A stretch of DNA of 64,000 nucleotides. It comes from Betaproteobacteria bacterium (GTDB lineage: Bacteria > Pseudomonadota > Gammaproteobacteria > Burkholderiales > SG8-39). The stretch lies in assembly GCA_004297625.1 (NCBI GenBank), contig SCTY01000028.1:8848-72847 (forward strand). Direction: 5' to 3'. Positions 47,085 through 55,959 of this stretch are shown piece by piece. The notes under the pieces were generated by a model. That model had not been told where the DNA came from. It did not search any database and was given only the letters and a program-made list of their open reading frames with translations. The position numbers and the translations under genes were made by a program. The stretch's first letter is position 1; each line of letters opens with the position of its first letter.

Positions 47085-49246
47085 AGACCGCGGCCTATCT
47101 CTGCGGCGGCTGCGGCATCGCCGAGCAGCTCGACACCGCACGCCTTGCCGCGATCGCCGAGCGCGAGGGCAAGGTGGATCTCGTGCGCGAGCATCCGTTC
47201 CTTTGCTCGGCCGAAGGGGTGCAGGCGATCCGCGAGGGCATCGACAAAGACGGCGCCACCCACGTGATGCTCGCCGCCTGCTCGCGGCGCGCGAAAACGG
47301 AGGCCTTTTACTTCCCCGACGTCGCGGTGGCGCGCGCCAACTTGCGCGAAGGCGTGGTCTGGATCCAGGAGAAGGGAGAAGCGGCGCAAGAGATGGCCGA
47401 CGACTACGTGCGCATGGCGTGCGCGGAACTGAAGCGCATGCAGGTGCCGAAAGCCGGCCCCGACACCGGGAAGAGCAAGCGGGTGCTCGTGGTCGGCGGC
47501 GGCATTTCGGGACTGACGGCGGCGCTCGAGGCGGCCGAGGCCGGCTACGAGGCGCTCATCGTCGAGAAGGAAGCGGCGCTCGGCGGCTGGGCTGCGCGCC
47601 TGCACCGCCGCATTCCGGAGCGCGCGCCTTTCAAAGATCCCGCGGAAACGGGCGTGCCGGCGCTTGTCGATGCCGTAACTCGAAATTCAAGAATTAAACT
47701 GCAATTGGGAACCACGGTTGCGCAAACCGCGGGCGCGCCCGGGCGCTTTCGCGTCACGCTGTCCAACGGGCGAACCGAAGAGGTCGGCGCCATCGTGCAG
47801 GCGAGCGGCTTCTCGCTCTACGACGCCGCGCGCCTCGCCGAGTTCTCCTACGGAAAGTCGCCCGACATCGTGGACCAGGCGGGGCTTGAGGCATTGGCGA
47901 AAAAATCGATCCCGATTCGTCGCCCGTCGGACAACAAGGAAGTCAAGCAGGTGGTTTTCGTGCAGTGCGCGGGGCAGCGCGACGACTCGGGCAAGCACCT
48001 GCCCTACTGCTCGGGCCACTGCTGCGCCACCTCGATGAAGCAGGCGATGTACTTCAAGGACGCGAATCCGGCCGTCGACACGGTGGTGATCTACACCGAC
48101 CTGCGCGTGCCGGGGAACGGAGAAGACTTCTACCGCTCTGCGCAGGCGAAGGGCGTCACCTTCACCAAGGGCAAGGTGTCGGCTGTCGAGGCCGACGGCG
48201 CGGTGAAGTTCAGGGACCTGATCCTTGATGAGGACACTCAAATTAAAGCCGACTTGGTGGTGCTCGCGACCGGGCAGGTGCCCAATTCCGGCGTCAACAT
48301 CGACAACCCCGACGAGCCGGACGCGAACGGCGCGAAGCCGATCTCGATCCTGAACCTCGAGTACCGGCAGGGAAGCGACCTGCCGCGGCTCGCGCACGGA
48401 TTCTCCGACTCGCACTTCATCTGCTTCCCGTACGAGACGCGCCGCACCGGCATCTACACCGCCGGGCCGGTGCGCCGGCCGATGGACATCGCGCAGGCGG
48501 TGGAGGACGCGACCGGCGCCGCGCTGAAGGCGATCCAGGCGACCGAGAACGCGGCGCTCGGGCGCGCGGCGCATCCGCGCTCCGGCGACCTCTCGTTCCC
48601 GCTGGTGCGTCTCGACGGTTGCACGCAGTGCAAGCGCTGCACCGTGGAATGCCCGTTCGGCGCCATCGACGAGGACGAGAAGCGCTACCCCGTCTTCAAC
48701 GAGAGCCGCTGCCGGCGCTGCAGCACGTGCATGGGCGCCTGCCCGGTGCGCGTGATCTCCTTCGAGAACTACTCGGTGGACTCCGTCGGCGCGCAGATCA
48801 AGGCGGTCGGGATCCCCGACGAGACCGAGGAGAAGCCGCGCATCCTCATCCTCGCGTGCGAGAACGACGCCTATCCGGCGCTCGACATGGCCGGGCTGCA
48901 GCGCGTCAAGTACTCGGCCGCGGTGCGCGTGATACCGGTGCGCTGCCTCGGCTCGGTGAACCAGGTCTGGGTGACCGACGCCCTGAATGCCGGCTACGAC
49001 GGCATCATGCTGCTGGGCTGCAAGCACGGCGACGACTACCAGTGCCACTTCGTGCGCGGCTCGGCGCTCGCGGCCGAGCGCATGAGCAAGATCGACGATA
49101 CGCTGAAGCAGCTCGCGCTCGAGAACGAGCGCGTCATCACCTGCGAGGCCGCGATCACCGACATCGCGAGGCTGCCGCGCCTGATCGACGAGTACGCGCA
49201 GACCATCGAGCGCATCGGCCTTTCGCCGCTCAAGGGGTTCGCATGA
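47081..49246 (+). CDS. qmoB: QmoB (HdrA-like flavoprotein with ferredoxin and MvhD-like C-terminal domains)
   Basis: 721 aa, VLVVGGGISGLTAALEAAEAG...CAGQRDDSGKHLPYCSGHCC...CTQCKRCTVECP...CRRCSTCMGACP...ILILACENDAYPALD. ATGA overlap with qmoA. Confidence 0.85.
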   Translation: MKTAAYLCGGCGIAEQLDTARLAAIAEREGKVDLVREHPFLCSAEGVQAIREGIDKDGATHVMLAACSRRAKTEAFYFPDVAVARANLREGVVWIQEKGEAAQEMADDYVRMACAELKRMQVPKAGPDTGKSKRVLVVGGGISGLTAALEAAEAGYEALIVEKEAALGGWAARLHRRIPERAPFKDPAETGVPALVDAVTRNSRIKLQLGTTVAQTAGAPGRFRVTLSNGRTEEVGAIVQASGFSLYDAARLAEFSYGKSPDIVDQAGLEALAKKSIPIRRPSDNKEVKQVVFVQCAGQRDDSGKHLPYCSGHCCATSMKQAMYFKDANPAVDTVVIYTDLRVPGNGEDFYRSAQAKGVTFTKGKVSAVEADGAVKFRDLILDEDTQIKADLVVLATGQVPNSGVNIDNPDEPDANGAKPISILNLEYRQGSDLPRLAHGFSDSHFICFPYETRRTGIYTAGPVRRPMDIAQAVEDATGAALKAIQATENAALGRAAHPRSGDLSFPLVRLDGCTQCKRCTVECPFGAIDEDEKRYPVFNESRCRRCSTCMGACPVRVISFENYSVDSVGAQIKAVGIPDETEEKPRILILACENDAYPALDMAGLQRVKYSAAVRVIPVRCLGSVNQVWVTDALNAGYDGIMLLGCKHGDDYQCHFVRGSALAAERMSKIDDTLKQLALENERVITCEAAITDIARLPRLIDEYAQTIERIGLSPLKGFA

Positions 49247-49264
49247 TGCTGACAGCAGGCCGTT

Positions 49265-49374
49265 GCCCCCCTGACAAGGGGGGAGCGAGCGTTTTCTGCG
49301 AGCGGGGGGTTTGCATTTCGCGAAAACCAACCCCCCGTTCGCCTTCGGCTCACGCCCCCCTTGACAGGGGGGCG
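49265..49374 (+). repeat. ~110-bp three-hairpin intergenic repeat element, copy B (qmoB-hdrC spacer)
   Basis: Hairpins are CCCCCC-tgacaa-GGGGGG, gcgagcggggggtt...aaccccccgttcgc and CGCCCCCC-ttgaca-GGGGGGCG. It has the same orientation relative to transcription as copy A. Confidence 0.85.
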
Positions 49375-49391
49375 GCAGCGCAGGTGTATCC

Positions 49392-49991
49392 ATGAGCGCC
49401 TACCAGGGCGACTTCCTCAAGGAAGTCGAGGCCCGCGTCGAGGAAGGCGAATGGGTGAAGATGTGCATGCAGTGCGGCGTGTGCGCCGGCTCGTGCCCCT
49501 TCGGCCCGCACTGGGAGCATTCGCCGCAGAAGATCTTCATGATGATCCGCGCGGGCAAGCGCGAGGAGGTGCTCACCTCGGATGCGATGTGGATGTGCAC
49601 CTCCTGCTACAACTGCGTGGTGCGCTGCCCGCGCAAGCTGCCGATCACGCAGATCATGCATGGGCTCGCGACCTATGCCCATCGCCTGGGCCTCGCGCCG
49701 AAAATGCAGCCGACGCGGCGCTTCTCGGTCACGTTCTGGAGCAACCTCACCCGCACCGGGCGCGTGAACGAGTTGAAGCTCGTCCTCCAGGTCTATTTCC
49801 GCAACGGGTTCGCCGCAGGCCTCAAGGAGTTCTGGAACATGCGGCGCGTCGGGCTGCGGCTGCTCGCCGCGAAGCGCATGAACCCGTTCGAGCTCGTCTT
49901 TCCGCACCGCTGCAAGGACGCGAAGGGCATCCAGCGCATGCTCGCGAAAGCCTGCGAGATCGAGAACCGCAAGCGAGGATTCAGCCAATGA
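49392..49991 (+). CDS. hdrC: HdrC-like iron-sulfur protein (replaces QmoC)
   Basis: 199 aa with the motifs CMQCGVCAGSCP and CTSCYNCVVRCP. Confidence 0.85.
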   Translation: MSAYQGDFLKEVEARVEEGEWVKMCMQCGVCAGSCPFGPHWEHSPQKIFMMIRAGKREEVLTSDAMWMCTSCYNCVVRCPRKLPITQIMHGLATYAHRLGLAPKMQPTRRFSVTFWSNLTRTGRVNELKLVLQVYFRNGFAAGLKEFWNMRRVGLRLLAAKRMNPFELVFPHRCKDAKGIQRMLAKACEIENRKRGFSQ

Positions 49992-50902
49992 AGAAGGAAT
50001 ACGCGTTCTACCCCGGTTGCTCCTCGCAACTGCGCGGTTCGGCGTCGAACTACCTCACCAGCGTCAACAGCATGTGCCAGACGCTCGAGGTGAAGATGAC
50101 GCCGATCCCGGACTGGAACTGCTGCGGCGCCTCGATCGGCTACGCCGGCTCGGGAGAGCTCGCGCGGCACGTGATGAACGCCCGCAATTTCGCGCTCTCG
50201 GAAAAGCACCTGCCCGGGCAGGACGTCGTCGCGACCTGCGCCGCGTGCTGGCTCGGCGCCAAGGAAACCAAGCAGAAGCTCGACGCGAGCCGCGCCTTGA
50301 TGGAGGATACCAACGAGGCGTTGAAGGAAGCGGGGCTGCGCTACGAGGCGAAGACCGAGGTGCGCCACATGGTCGAGGTCCTGATCGAGGACATCGGCTA
50401 CGAGGAGATCCGCAAGCACGTCGTGAAGCCCCTCGAGGGCATCAAGTTCGCCGGCTACGTCGGCTGCCAGACCAACCGGCCGTTCGGCATCGCCGGCGAG
50501 TCGTTCGAGAACCCGATGTACCTGGACAAGCTCGTCGAGACCGTCGGCGGCGAGGCGCTCGTCAAGTACGAGCAGAAAGTCGCCTGCTGCGGCGGCGCGC
50601 TGGCGTTTTCCGAGCCCGACAAGAGCCAGAAGCAGATCAAGGAGATCGTCGAGGCGGCGTACGACCAGGGCGCCGACATGATCGTCACGCCCTGCCCGCT
50701 GTGCCAGGCCAACGTCGAGATCTACCAGGCCGAGATCAACCGCAAGCAGGGCACCAAGCTCGACATGCCGGTGATGTACTACTCGCAACTCCTCGCGGTG
50801 GCTTACGGCGCGGCGCCGAAGCAGGCGGGGCTCGACGGCCACGTGATCCAGCCGAAGAAGCTGCAGGACATCGCCGTCAAGGTCGTGCCGGCCAGGAAGT
50901 AG
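49988..50902 (+). CDS. hdrB: HdrB-like protein (two CCG domains)
   Basis: 304 aa, YPGCSS...NCCGASIG...ACCGGALAF...CPLCQ. ATGA overlap with hdrC. Confidence 0.85.
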   Translation: MKKEYAFYPGCSSQLRGSASNYLTSVNSMCQTLEVKMTPIPDWNCCGASIGYAGSGELARHVMNARNFALSEKHLPGQDVVATCAACWLGAKETKQKLDASRALMEDTNEALKEAGLRYEAKTEVRHMVEVLIEDIGYEEIRKHVVKPLEGIKFAGYVGCQTNRPFGIAGESFENPMYLDKLVETVGGEALVKYEQKVACCGGALAFSEPDKSQKQIKEIVEAAYDQGADMIVTPCPLCQANVEIYQAEINRKQGTKLDMPVMYYSQLLAVAYGAAPKQAGLDGHVIQPKKLQDIAVKVVPARK

Positions 50903-51238
50903 CGCGCTTCAACCCGCCGCTATCAAGCGCGGAATGTGCTGGGGACAATTGAGATCCCAGGCGTCAATGCTGAACACGATGGCGAATTCCGCAGCGCGTG
51001 ATGGTTACGCGCGTTACGCATCGGACCTACTGAGTCTCCATCAGTGTGTGTTGTCTGCTTTACGCTCCGGCTCAGGATGTTATGAGGAGCTTGCTCGACC
51101 AGTAGGCACCGCGTAGGCGGCGCAGACGGAAATCCAAAGCGTGGTGCAATTGATTGCACCGGCACCCAGCTTATGGATGCCTACGTCCTGCCTGCGGTCG
51201 GCCGCTCTGCTCGGATAAACGGACGAACGTAAGAGAAA

Positions 51239-52405
51239 TCAAATAAGCGCCCTTCCTCGTAGGTCTTTCCTCCGATCCACAGAAATGCCAAGTTCCTGCA
51301 GCACCTCGTCCGTGTGCTCGCCGAGATCCGGAGGCGGCCGTAATTGCGCTTCACGCTCGCCATCGAAGCGTAACGGTCGCCGCATGCCCCTGACCTCGCC
51401 GTGGACACCATGCAGTGACTTAAACAGTAAATTGAGGTGGCGTACCTGCGGATCGTCAAAGAGCTCATTCACCCGGCGTTCAGGCGCAAACGGTACGTCG
51501 TTCGCTTCAAGTACTTGCATCCATTCGTCTCGATTACGCTTGCGGAATATTCCGGCCAGCTCCTTTGCGATGTCCTCATAGCGCGAGATCCGAGCCCTGC
51601 GATCCGGATATTTCTGAAGGAAGTCAGGCCGCTCAATTGCTTTTGCGAGCGATTCCCAGAACTTGTTCGGTGACGAAAGTTGAAGGCCTATTCGTTTGCC
51701 ATCCCTGCATTCAAGCAAATAAGCCTGGGAAGTCGCACCCCGGGAATACTGGGTGGGAGCTTGGCCGGTCGCGAGATATTGGCCGATTGGTTCAGCCCCA
51801 AAAGCCATGGTGGCTTCCAGCATGCTGGTGTCCACCCTTCGCCCAACACCACTCTTTTCGCGATCAAACAGCGCGGCGAGAATGCCCAGGCAGGCGAAGA
51901 GCCCCGTAAGTGCATCTGAAACGGCTGGTCCGGCGACTCTCGGATCGCTTCCGTCATGAAAGAGTGAGAGCCAGCCACTCAATGTCTGGCCAACATTGTC
52001 ATACGCCGGCCTGGATGCATAAGGGCCATCGAAACCGAATCCCGTAATGGAGCAGTACACGAGCCGCTGATTGACCCCATGGAGTCGATCGTAGTCGACC
52101 CCCAGTTTTTCTGACACGCCAGGCCGATTGTTGAGAATGACCACATCCGCGTTGCTGACCAGCTTGTGCAATATTTCGAGGCCTTCAGGCTTCGAATAAT
52201 CCAGCGCGAGGCTTCGCTTGTGCCGGTTATATGACTGGAAATGAGGGCTATAAAGTCCGCCCTCAAAGGAGCGGAACGGATCACCGGTCCCGGGACGCTC
52301 GACCTTGACAACGTCCGCGCCCAGCTCGGCCAACAACATCGCTGCATAAGGCGCAGTAATGAAATTCCCGAGGTCTATTACCCGAATGCTGTGGAGAACA
52401 TTCAT
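51239..52405 (-). CDS. Family-III (CaiB/BaiF) CoA-transferase
   Basis: 388 aa, IRVIDLGNFITAPYAAMLLAELGADVVKVERPGTGDP... Confidence 0.9.
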   Translation of the reverse strand: MNVLHSIRVIDLGNFITAPYAAMLLAELGADVVKVERPGTGDPFRSFEGGLYSPHFQSYNRHKRSLALDYSKPEGLEILHKLVSNADVVILNNRPGVSEKLGVDYDRLHGVNQRLVYCSITGFGFDGPYASRPAYDNVGQTLSGWLSLFHDGSDPRVAGPAVSDALTGLFACLGILAALFDREKSGVGRRVDTSMLEATMAFGAEPIGQYLATGQAPTQYSRGATSQAYLLECRDGKRIGLQLSSPNKFWESLAKAIERPDFLQKYPDRRARISRYEDIAKELAGIFRKRNRDEWMQVLEANDVPFAPERRVNELFDDPQVRHLNLLFKSLHGVHGEVRGMRRPLRFDGEREAQLRPPPDLGEHTDEVLQELGISVDRRKDLRGRALI

Positions 52406-52417
52406 GATTTTTCCTAT

Positions 52418-53884
52418 CTAATTGCCTTCCTTACCGGCAATAAGCACAGAACCCGCGCCTTTCCGCACGTAGACATATGCGGGCCTTTTCTGCCTGGTCA
52501 AACCGTTAATCAACCCCTGCAGGTCTCGCGTCCCGTCAGAGCTCCGGCTTTGTGACCGTTCTGCGCGCATGGTAATGACCTCCTCCTTGCCGGCGACATA
52601 ACGAAGCAAGAGCTCGTCGTCCGAGATGTTCGAATCGCCATATTGTTCGCGCATTTCCGCCAGCGTCGGCTGAGGAGGTTGCCAGCGCGCGAGTTCGTCA
52701 GCGCGAGATCGGCGAAGAATGACATCCTTGATGGTCGGATCTATGGCATCACTTTCCTCTTCACCCCAGTGACCTAGGGCGTACTGGATGATCTCATCAG
52801 TGACTGTCTTGTATCGCTCCCCGGCCACTACATTTATGGCTGCCTGAACGCCGACATACTGCGAGTACGGCGTCACCATGATGGGATAGCCAAGATCCTC
52901 TCTTACTCTGGCAGTCTCCTTCAGCACTTCGTCAAGCTTGTTACCCAAGCCAGCACTTGCCAGTTGATGCCTGAGATTTGAGATCATGCCGCCGGGAACT
53001 TGATGAATAAATTGCTCATGGTCGTATGGCGCAGGGACACCAAGAGGCAATCCCTCTTGAATCGCAACGGAAGTGAGATGCTTCTCGACTGCTTTAATTG
53101 CGTCTTCATCAACTGATGACGAGTAACCGAGCGCCCTCGCATTCTTGACAATGTTCAAGATTGAGGGATTGGACGATCCGTCGGCAAGCGGTGGAATCGC
53201 AGTATTTATGTGCCGTATACCAAGCTTGATGGCCTCGAGACAGCAAAGAGGTCCGAGGCCAGTATGGCAATGAGTATGGAATTCAAGCGGGATTCCGTTG
53301 ACGTTCTTGAGGACCACCGGGACCAGAGTCCGTGTTCTTTCTGGTGTAAGCAAACTGCCGGGATCCTTGATGCAAATTCGGACAACGTCGAGCTTTGCCG
53401 CTTCCCTGGCCTTCTCGGCGTAGTACTCATCCGTGTGCTTTGGGGAATACGTATATATAAGGTTCAGGATAGGTGCGATTCCAACTTTCCGCGCCTGCCC
53501 GACGAGATAGCGCCATCGAGCGACCGTATTGGATGGATCTGCGAGGCGCGCTTCGCGTATTCCATGAGCAGCAATCCTCTTCCACCAGATTTCATCAATG
53601 GAGAGTGGGGTAATCTGAAAAGCCGCCAGGTAGCGGCTTCGGATCATGCGAAGCGGCGTCTTCTTGACCCGTTCTCCTACGAGATCAATTCTTTCCCAGG
53701 AGTCCTCGCCTAGCTCACGGACTATTTTCTTATCGAAGTTTGTGGCAAGAATTTCTATCGCCACGAATCCGGCTTCATCCATGTAGCTTGCGACGGCCAA
53801 CATCATCTCCGTCCTCATCCCGGTTGCCCATAGACTCATCTGCCCATCGCGAAGCGTGGTATCGATGTACGTGATATCCGGCAT
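52418..53884 (-). CDS. Carboxyltransferase subunit of a biotin-dependent 2-oxoacid carboxylase/decarboxylase (PycB/OadA 5S-type), no BCCP domain
   Basis: 488 aa, ITYIDTTLRDGQMSLWATGM...LEFHTHCHTGLG (HMGL-like TIM barrel plus PYC_OADA). The C-terminus carries no biotinyl domain. Confidence 0.85.
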   Translation of the reverse strand: MPDITYIDTTLRDGQMSLWATGMRTEMMLAVASYMDEAGFVAIEILATNFDKKIVRELGEDSWERIDLVGERVKKTPLRMIRSRYLAAFQITPLSIDEIWWKRIAAHGIREARLADPSNTVARWRYLVGQARKVGIAPILNLIYTYSPKHTDEYYAEKAREAAKLDVVRICIKDPGSLLTPERTRTLVPVVLKNVNGIPLEFHTHCHTGLGPLCCLEAIKLGIRHINTAIPPLADGSSNPSILNIVKNARALGYSSSVDEDAIKAVEKHLTSVAIQEGLPLGVPAPYDHEQFIHQVPGGMISNLRHQLASAGLGNKLDEVLKETARVREDLGYPIMVTPYSQYVGVQAAINVVAGERYKTVTDEIIQYALGHWGEEESDAIDPTIKDVILRRSRADELARWQPPQPTLAEMREQYGDSNISDDELLLRYVAGKEEVITMRAERSQSRSSDGTRDLQGLINGLTRQKRPAYVYVRKGAGSVLIAGKEGN

Positions 53885-53932
53885 GGCGGTTATTGCGCAG
53901 CTCCTGTCAGGGCACCGTGTGCGTGATTCCGA

Positions 53933-55291
53933 TCAGCCCGCAGGCATTTCGGGCATCAGCGCCTCGACGAGTCTGGTGCTGACCCGGCCCGATTCAAACT
54001 CGGGATGCCCGACCACGAAACGCAGGAATTCCAGAGTTGTACCGACGCCGGCAACCACAAAGTGATCGAGCGCCCATCGCATCCGCTGGAGTGCTTCGCC
54101 TCGATCTGCTCCGTGGACGATCAGCTTTGCCAACAGTGAATCGTAGTGTGGAGGCACCGTATAGCCCGCATAACAGTGTGTATCCAGCCTGACGTGCGCC
54201 CCTTCCGGTGGCACCCAAGTGCCGATCCGGCCAGGACATGGACGAAAATTTTCTTTGGGTATTTCTGCGTTTATTCGGCACTCAATGGCGTGACCACTGA
54301 ACCTCACATCCGACTGCTTAAAGCGTAGGGCGTCGCCGCCCGCCACACGAATCTGTTCCTGAACCAGGTCGATCCCAGTGATCATTTCAGTGACCGGATG
54401 CTCGACTTGGATGCGTGTGTTCATTTCGAGAAAATGAAACGTTTTCGCATCCTGATCCAGAACAAATTCAACGGTTCCGGCATTCTCGTACTGCATTTCC
54501 CGGGCGAGCGTGACTCCGGCCTCGTGAATCCGTTCCCTAAGTCGTTCATCAATTCCGGGCGCTGGTGTCTCCTCGATAAGCTTCTGGTGTCGCCGCTGCA
54601 GTGAACAATCCCGCTCGCCCAGATGGATCACATTGCTGTATCGATCACCGAAAACCTGTACCTCGATGTGGCGTGCATTCGGGATAAATCGCTCGACGTA
54701 GAGCGAGTCGTCACCAAACGCTGCACGTGCCTCAGCAGCTGCCGATTCAAACGCTCGTTGCAGGTCTGCGGCGTTTGTAACCACCTTCATACCGCGGCCT
54801 CCTCCGCCTGCGGCCGCCTTGATCATTACAGGCAACCCAACCTTCTCGGCAATTGTCAAAGCGTGCTTGTACGAGAAGAACTTTTCCGACCCGGGAAGAA
54901 CGGGCAAGCCGTAACGATCGGCAAGTGTCCGGGCAAGGACCTTGTTGCCCATAACTCGGATCTGCTCGGGAGTCGGACCGATAAACGTAATACCTGCTGA
55001 GCGACACGCCTGAGCAAGCTCAGCGGACTCGGCGAGAAATCCATAACCCGGATGGATTGCATCTGATCCGGTGCCGAGAGCCGACGCGACGATGGCCTTG
55101 ATGTTCAGATAGCTGTCCGCCGCCCTTGCGGGGCCAATACACACAGTACGACCGGCCATCCTGCTCGGAAGGCTGTCGCGATCAGCCTCGGAAATCGCAA
55201 GTACCGTATCAATTCCAAGTGCCTGGCAGGCCGTAATGATTCGAACGGCAATTTCGCCCCGATTGGCAACAAGGACGCGCGATATGCTCAT
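53933..55291 (-). CDS. Biotin carboxylase subunit
   Basis: 452 aa with an ATP-grasp fold, MSISRVLVANRGEIAVRII...GGGGRGMKVV...EMNTRIQVEHPVTE. Confidence 0.92.
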   Translation of the reverse strand: MSISRVLVANRGEIAVRIITACQALGIDTVLAISEADRDSLPSRMAGRTVCIGPARAADSYLNIKAIVASALGTGSDAIHPGYGFLAESAELAQACRSAGITFIGPTPEQIRVMGNKVLARTLADRYGLPVLPGSEKFFSYKHALTIAEKVGLPVMIKAAAGGGGRGMKVVTNAADLQRAFESAAAEARAAFGDDSLYVERFIPNARHIEVQVFGDRYSNVIHLGERDCSLQRRHQKLIEETPAPGIDERLRERIHEAGVTLAREMQYENAGTVEFVLDQDAKTFHFLEMNTRIQVEHPVTEMITGIDLVQEQIRVAGGDALRFKQSDVRFSGHAIECRINAEIPKENFRPCPGRIGTWVPPEGAHVRLDTHCYAGYTVPPHYDSLLAKLIVHGADRGEALQRMRWALDHFVVAGVGTTLEFLRFVVGHPEFESGRVSTRLVEALMPEMPAG

Positions 55292-55319
55292 GTGGTTCGT
55301 TCGCCAGCTCGAGCCGCGC

Positions 55320-55823
55320 TCAGCGGCTTGGTCGCACTCTCATAAGAACGGCGCCATATTCAACGAACTGCTCATCCTTGGCGCAGATCTCCACAATCAC
55401 ACCACTTGCTGCGGCCGGAACCGCGGTGAATACCTTCATTACTTCAATGAGTCCAACTGTCGACTCGGCAGTCACCTCTGAGCCAACCGAGACAAAGGGG
55501 GGCGCCTTCGGCTCGGGTCTTGTATAGAAACGCCCGACCATGGGAGCCTTGACATCGAGGAGTCCATCTGCGGGCGCTTTCTCCTGCACGCCATGGGCTA
55601 TGCCGTCGGCCAAAGCGGGAGTCGACCCGCCTGTCTGCTCGGCAACATCAGCTTCGGGAGCTGCCACGTCCAATGTAGCTGGCATGGTTCCCTTGCCAAT
55701 GGTTACCTGCATCTGCCCGGCCCTGATCTGCAAAAAATCGAACGTCGAGCGATCGAGTATTTGAACCAGTCGGGCAATTTTCTGGATTTCCTCGTCGCTA
55801 AGCAGATCGCGTTGGTCGGTCAC
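55320..55823 (-). CDS. Stand-alone biotin carboxyl carrier protein
   Basis: The C-terminal biotinyl domain reads ...VGLIEVMKVFTAVPAAASGVIVEI. GTG 55823 with an AAGGGA RBS is preferred; the alternative is GTG 55886. Confidence 0.8.
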   Translation of the reverse strand: MTDQRDLLSDEEIQKIARLVQILDRSTFDFLQIRAGQMQVTIGKGTMPATLDVAAPEADVAEQTGGSTPALADGIAHGVQEKAPADGLLDVKAPMVGRFYTRPEPKAPPFVSVGSEVTAESTVGLIEVMKVFTAVPAAASGVIVEICAKDEQFVEYGAVLMRVRPSR

Positions 55824-55959
55824 TTTACGTTTCCCTTTGTGTCCGAGGAAACGACTTCCGTCTCCTCGTCGCTCCGCTGACTCCACTGCCCAGCGGGAGA
55901 ATCATTTCTCATAGCCGCTTCGCCGCTGACACGTTCCGTCCATTCGTTCGAGTTGAGCT

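Noticed and set aside
49361-49389. TTGACA in the loop of the last repeat hairpin as a -35 box for an internal hdrC promoter
   Set aside because: The best -10 candidate 17-18 nt downstream (gtgtat/tgtatc) is poor and would give a leaderless transcript. Copy A has TTAACA at this position. The hexamer is more likely incidental to the hairpin loop.
50994-51160. GC hairpins gcgcgt-N7-acgcgc (50994-51012) and ggtgcaat-tg-attgcacc (51143-51160) as intrinsic terminators of hdrB and the CoA-transferase gene
   Set aside because: Neither is followed by a convincing U-tract in the relevant direction, and both lie 80-90 nt from the stops. They are kept only as landmarks of the junction.
55320-55886. Non-canonical biotinylation motif (EVMKV instead of E-A-M-K-M) as evidence for a non-biotin carrier
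   Set aside because: The target Lys and flanking hydrophobics are retained, and the variation is within what BCCP domains tolerate.
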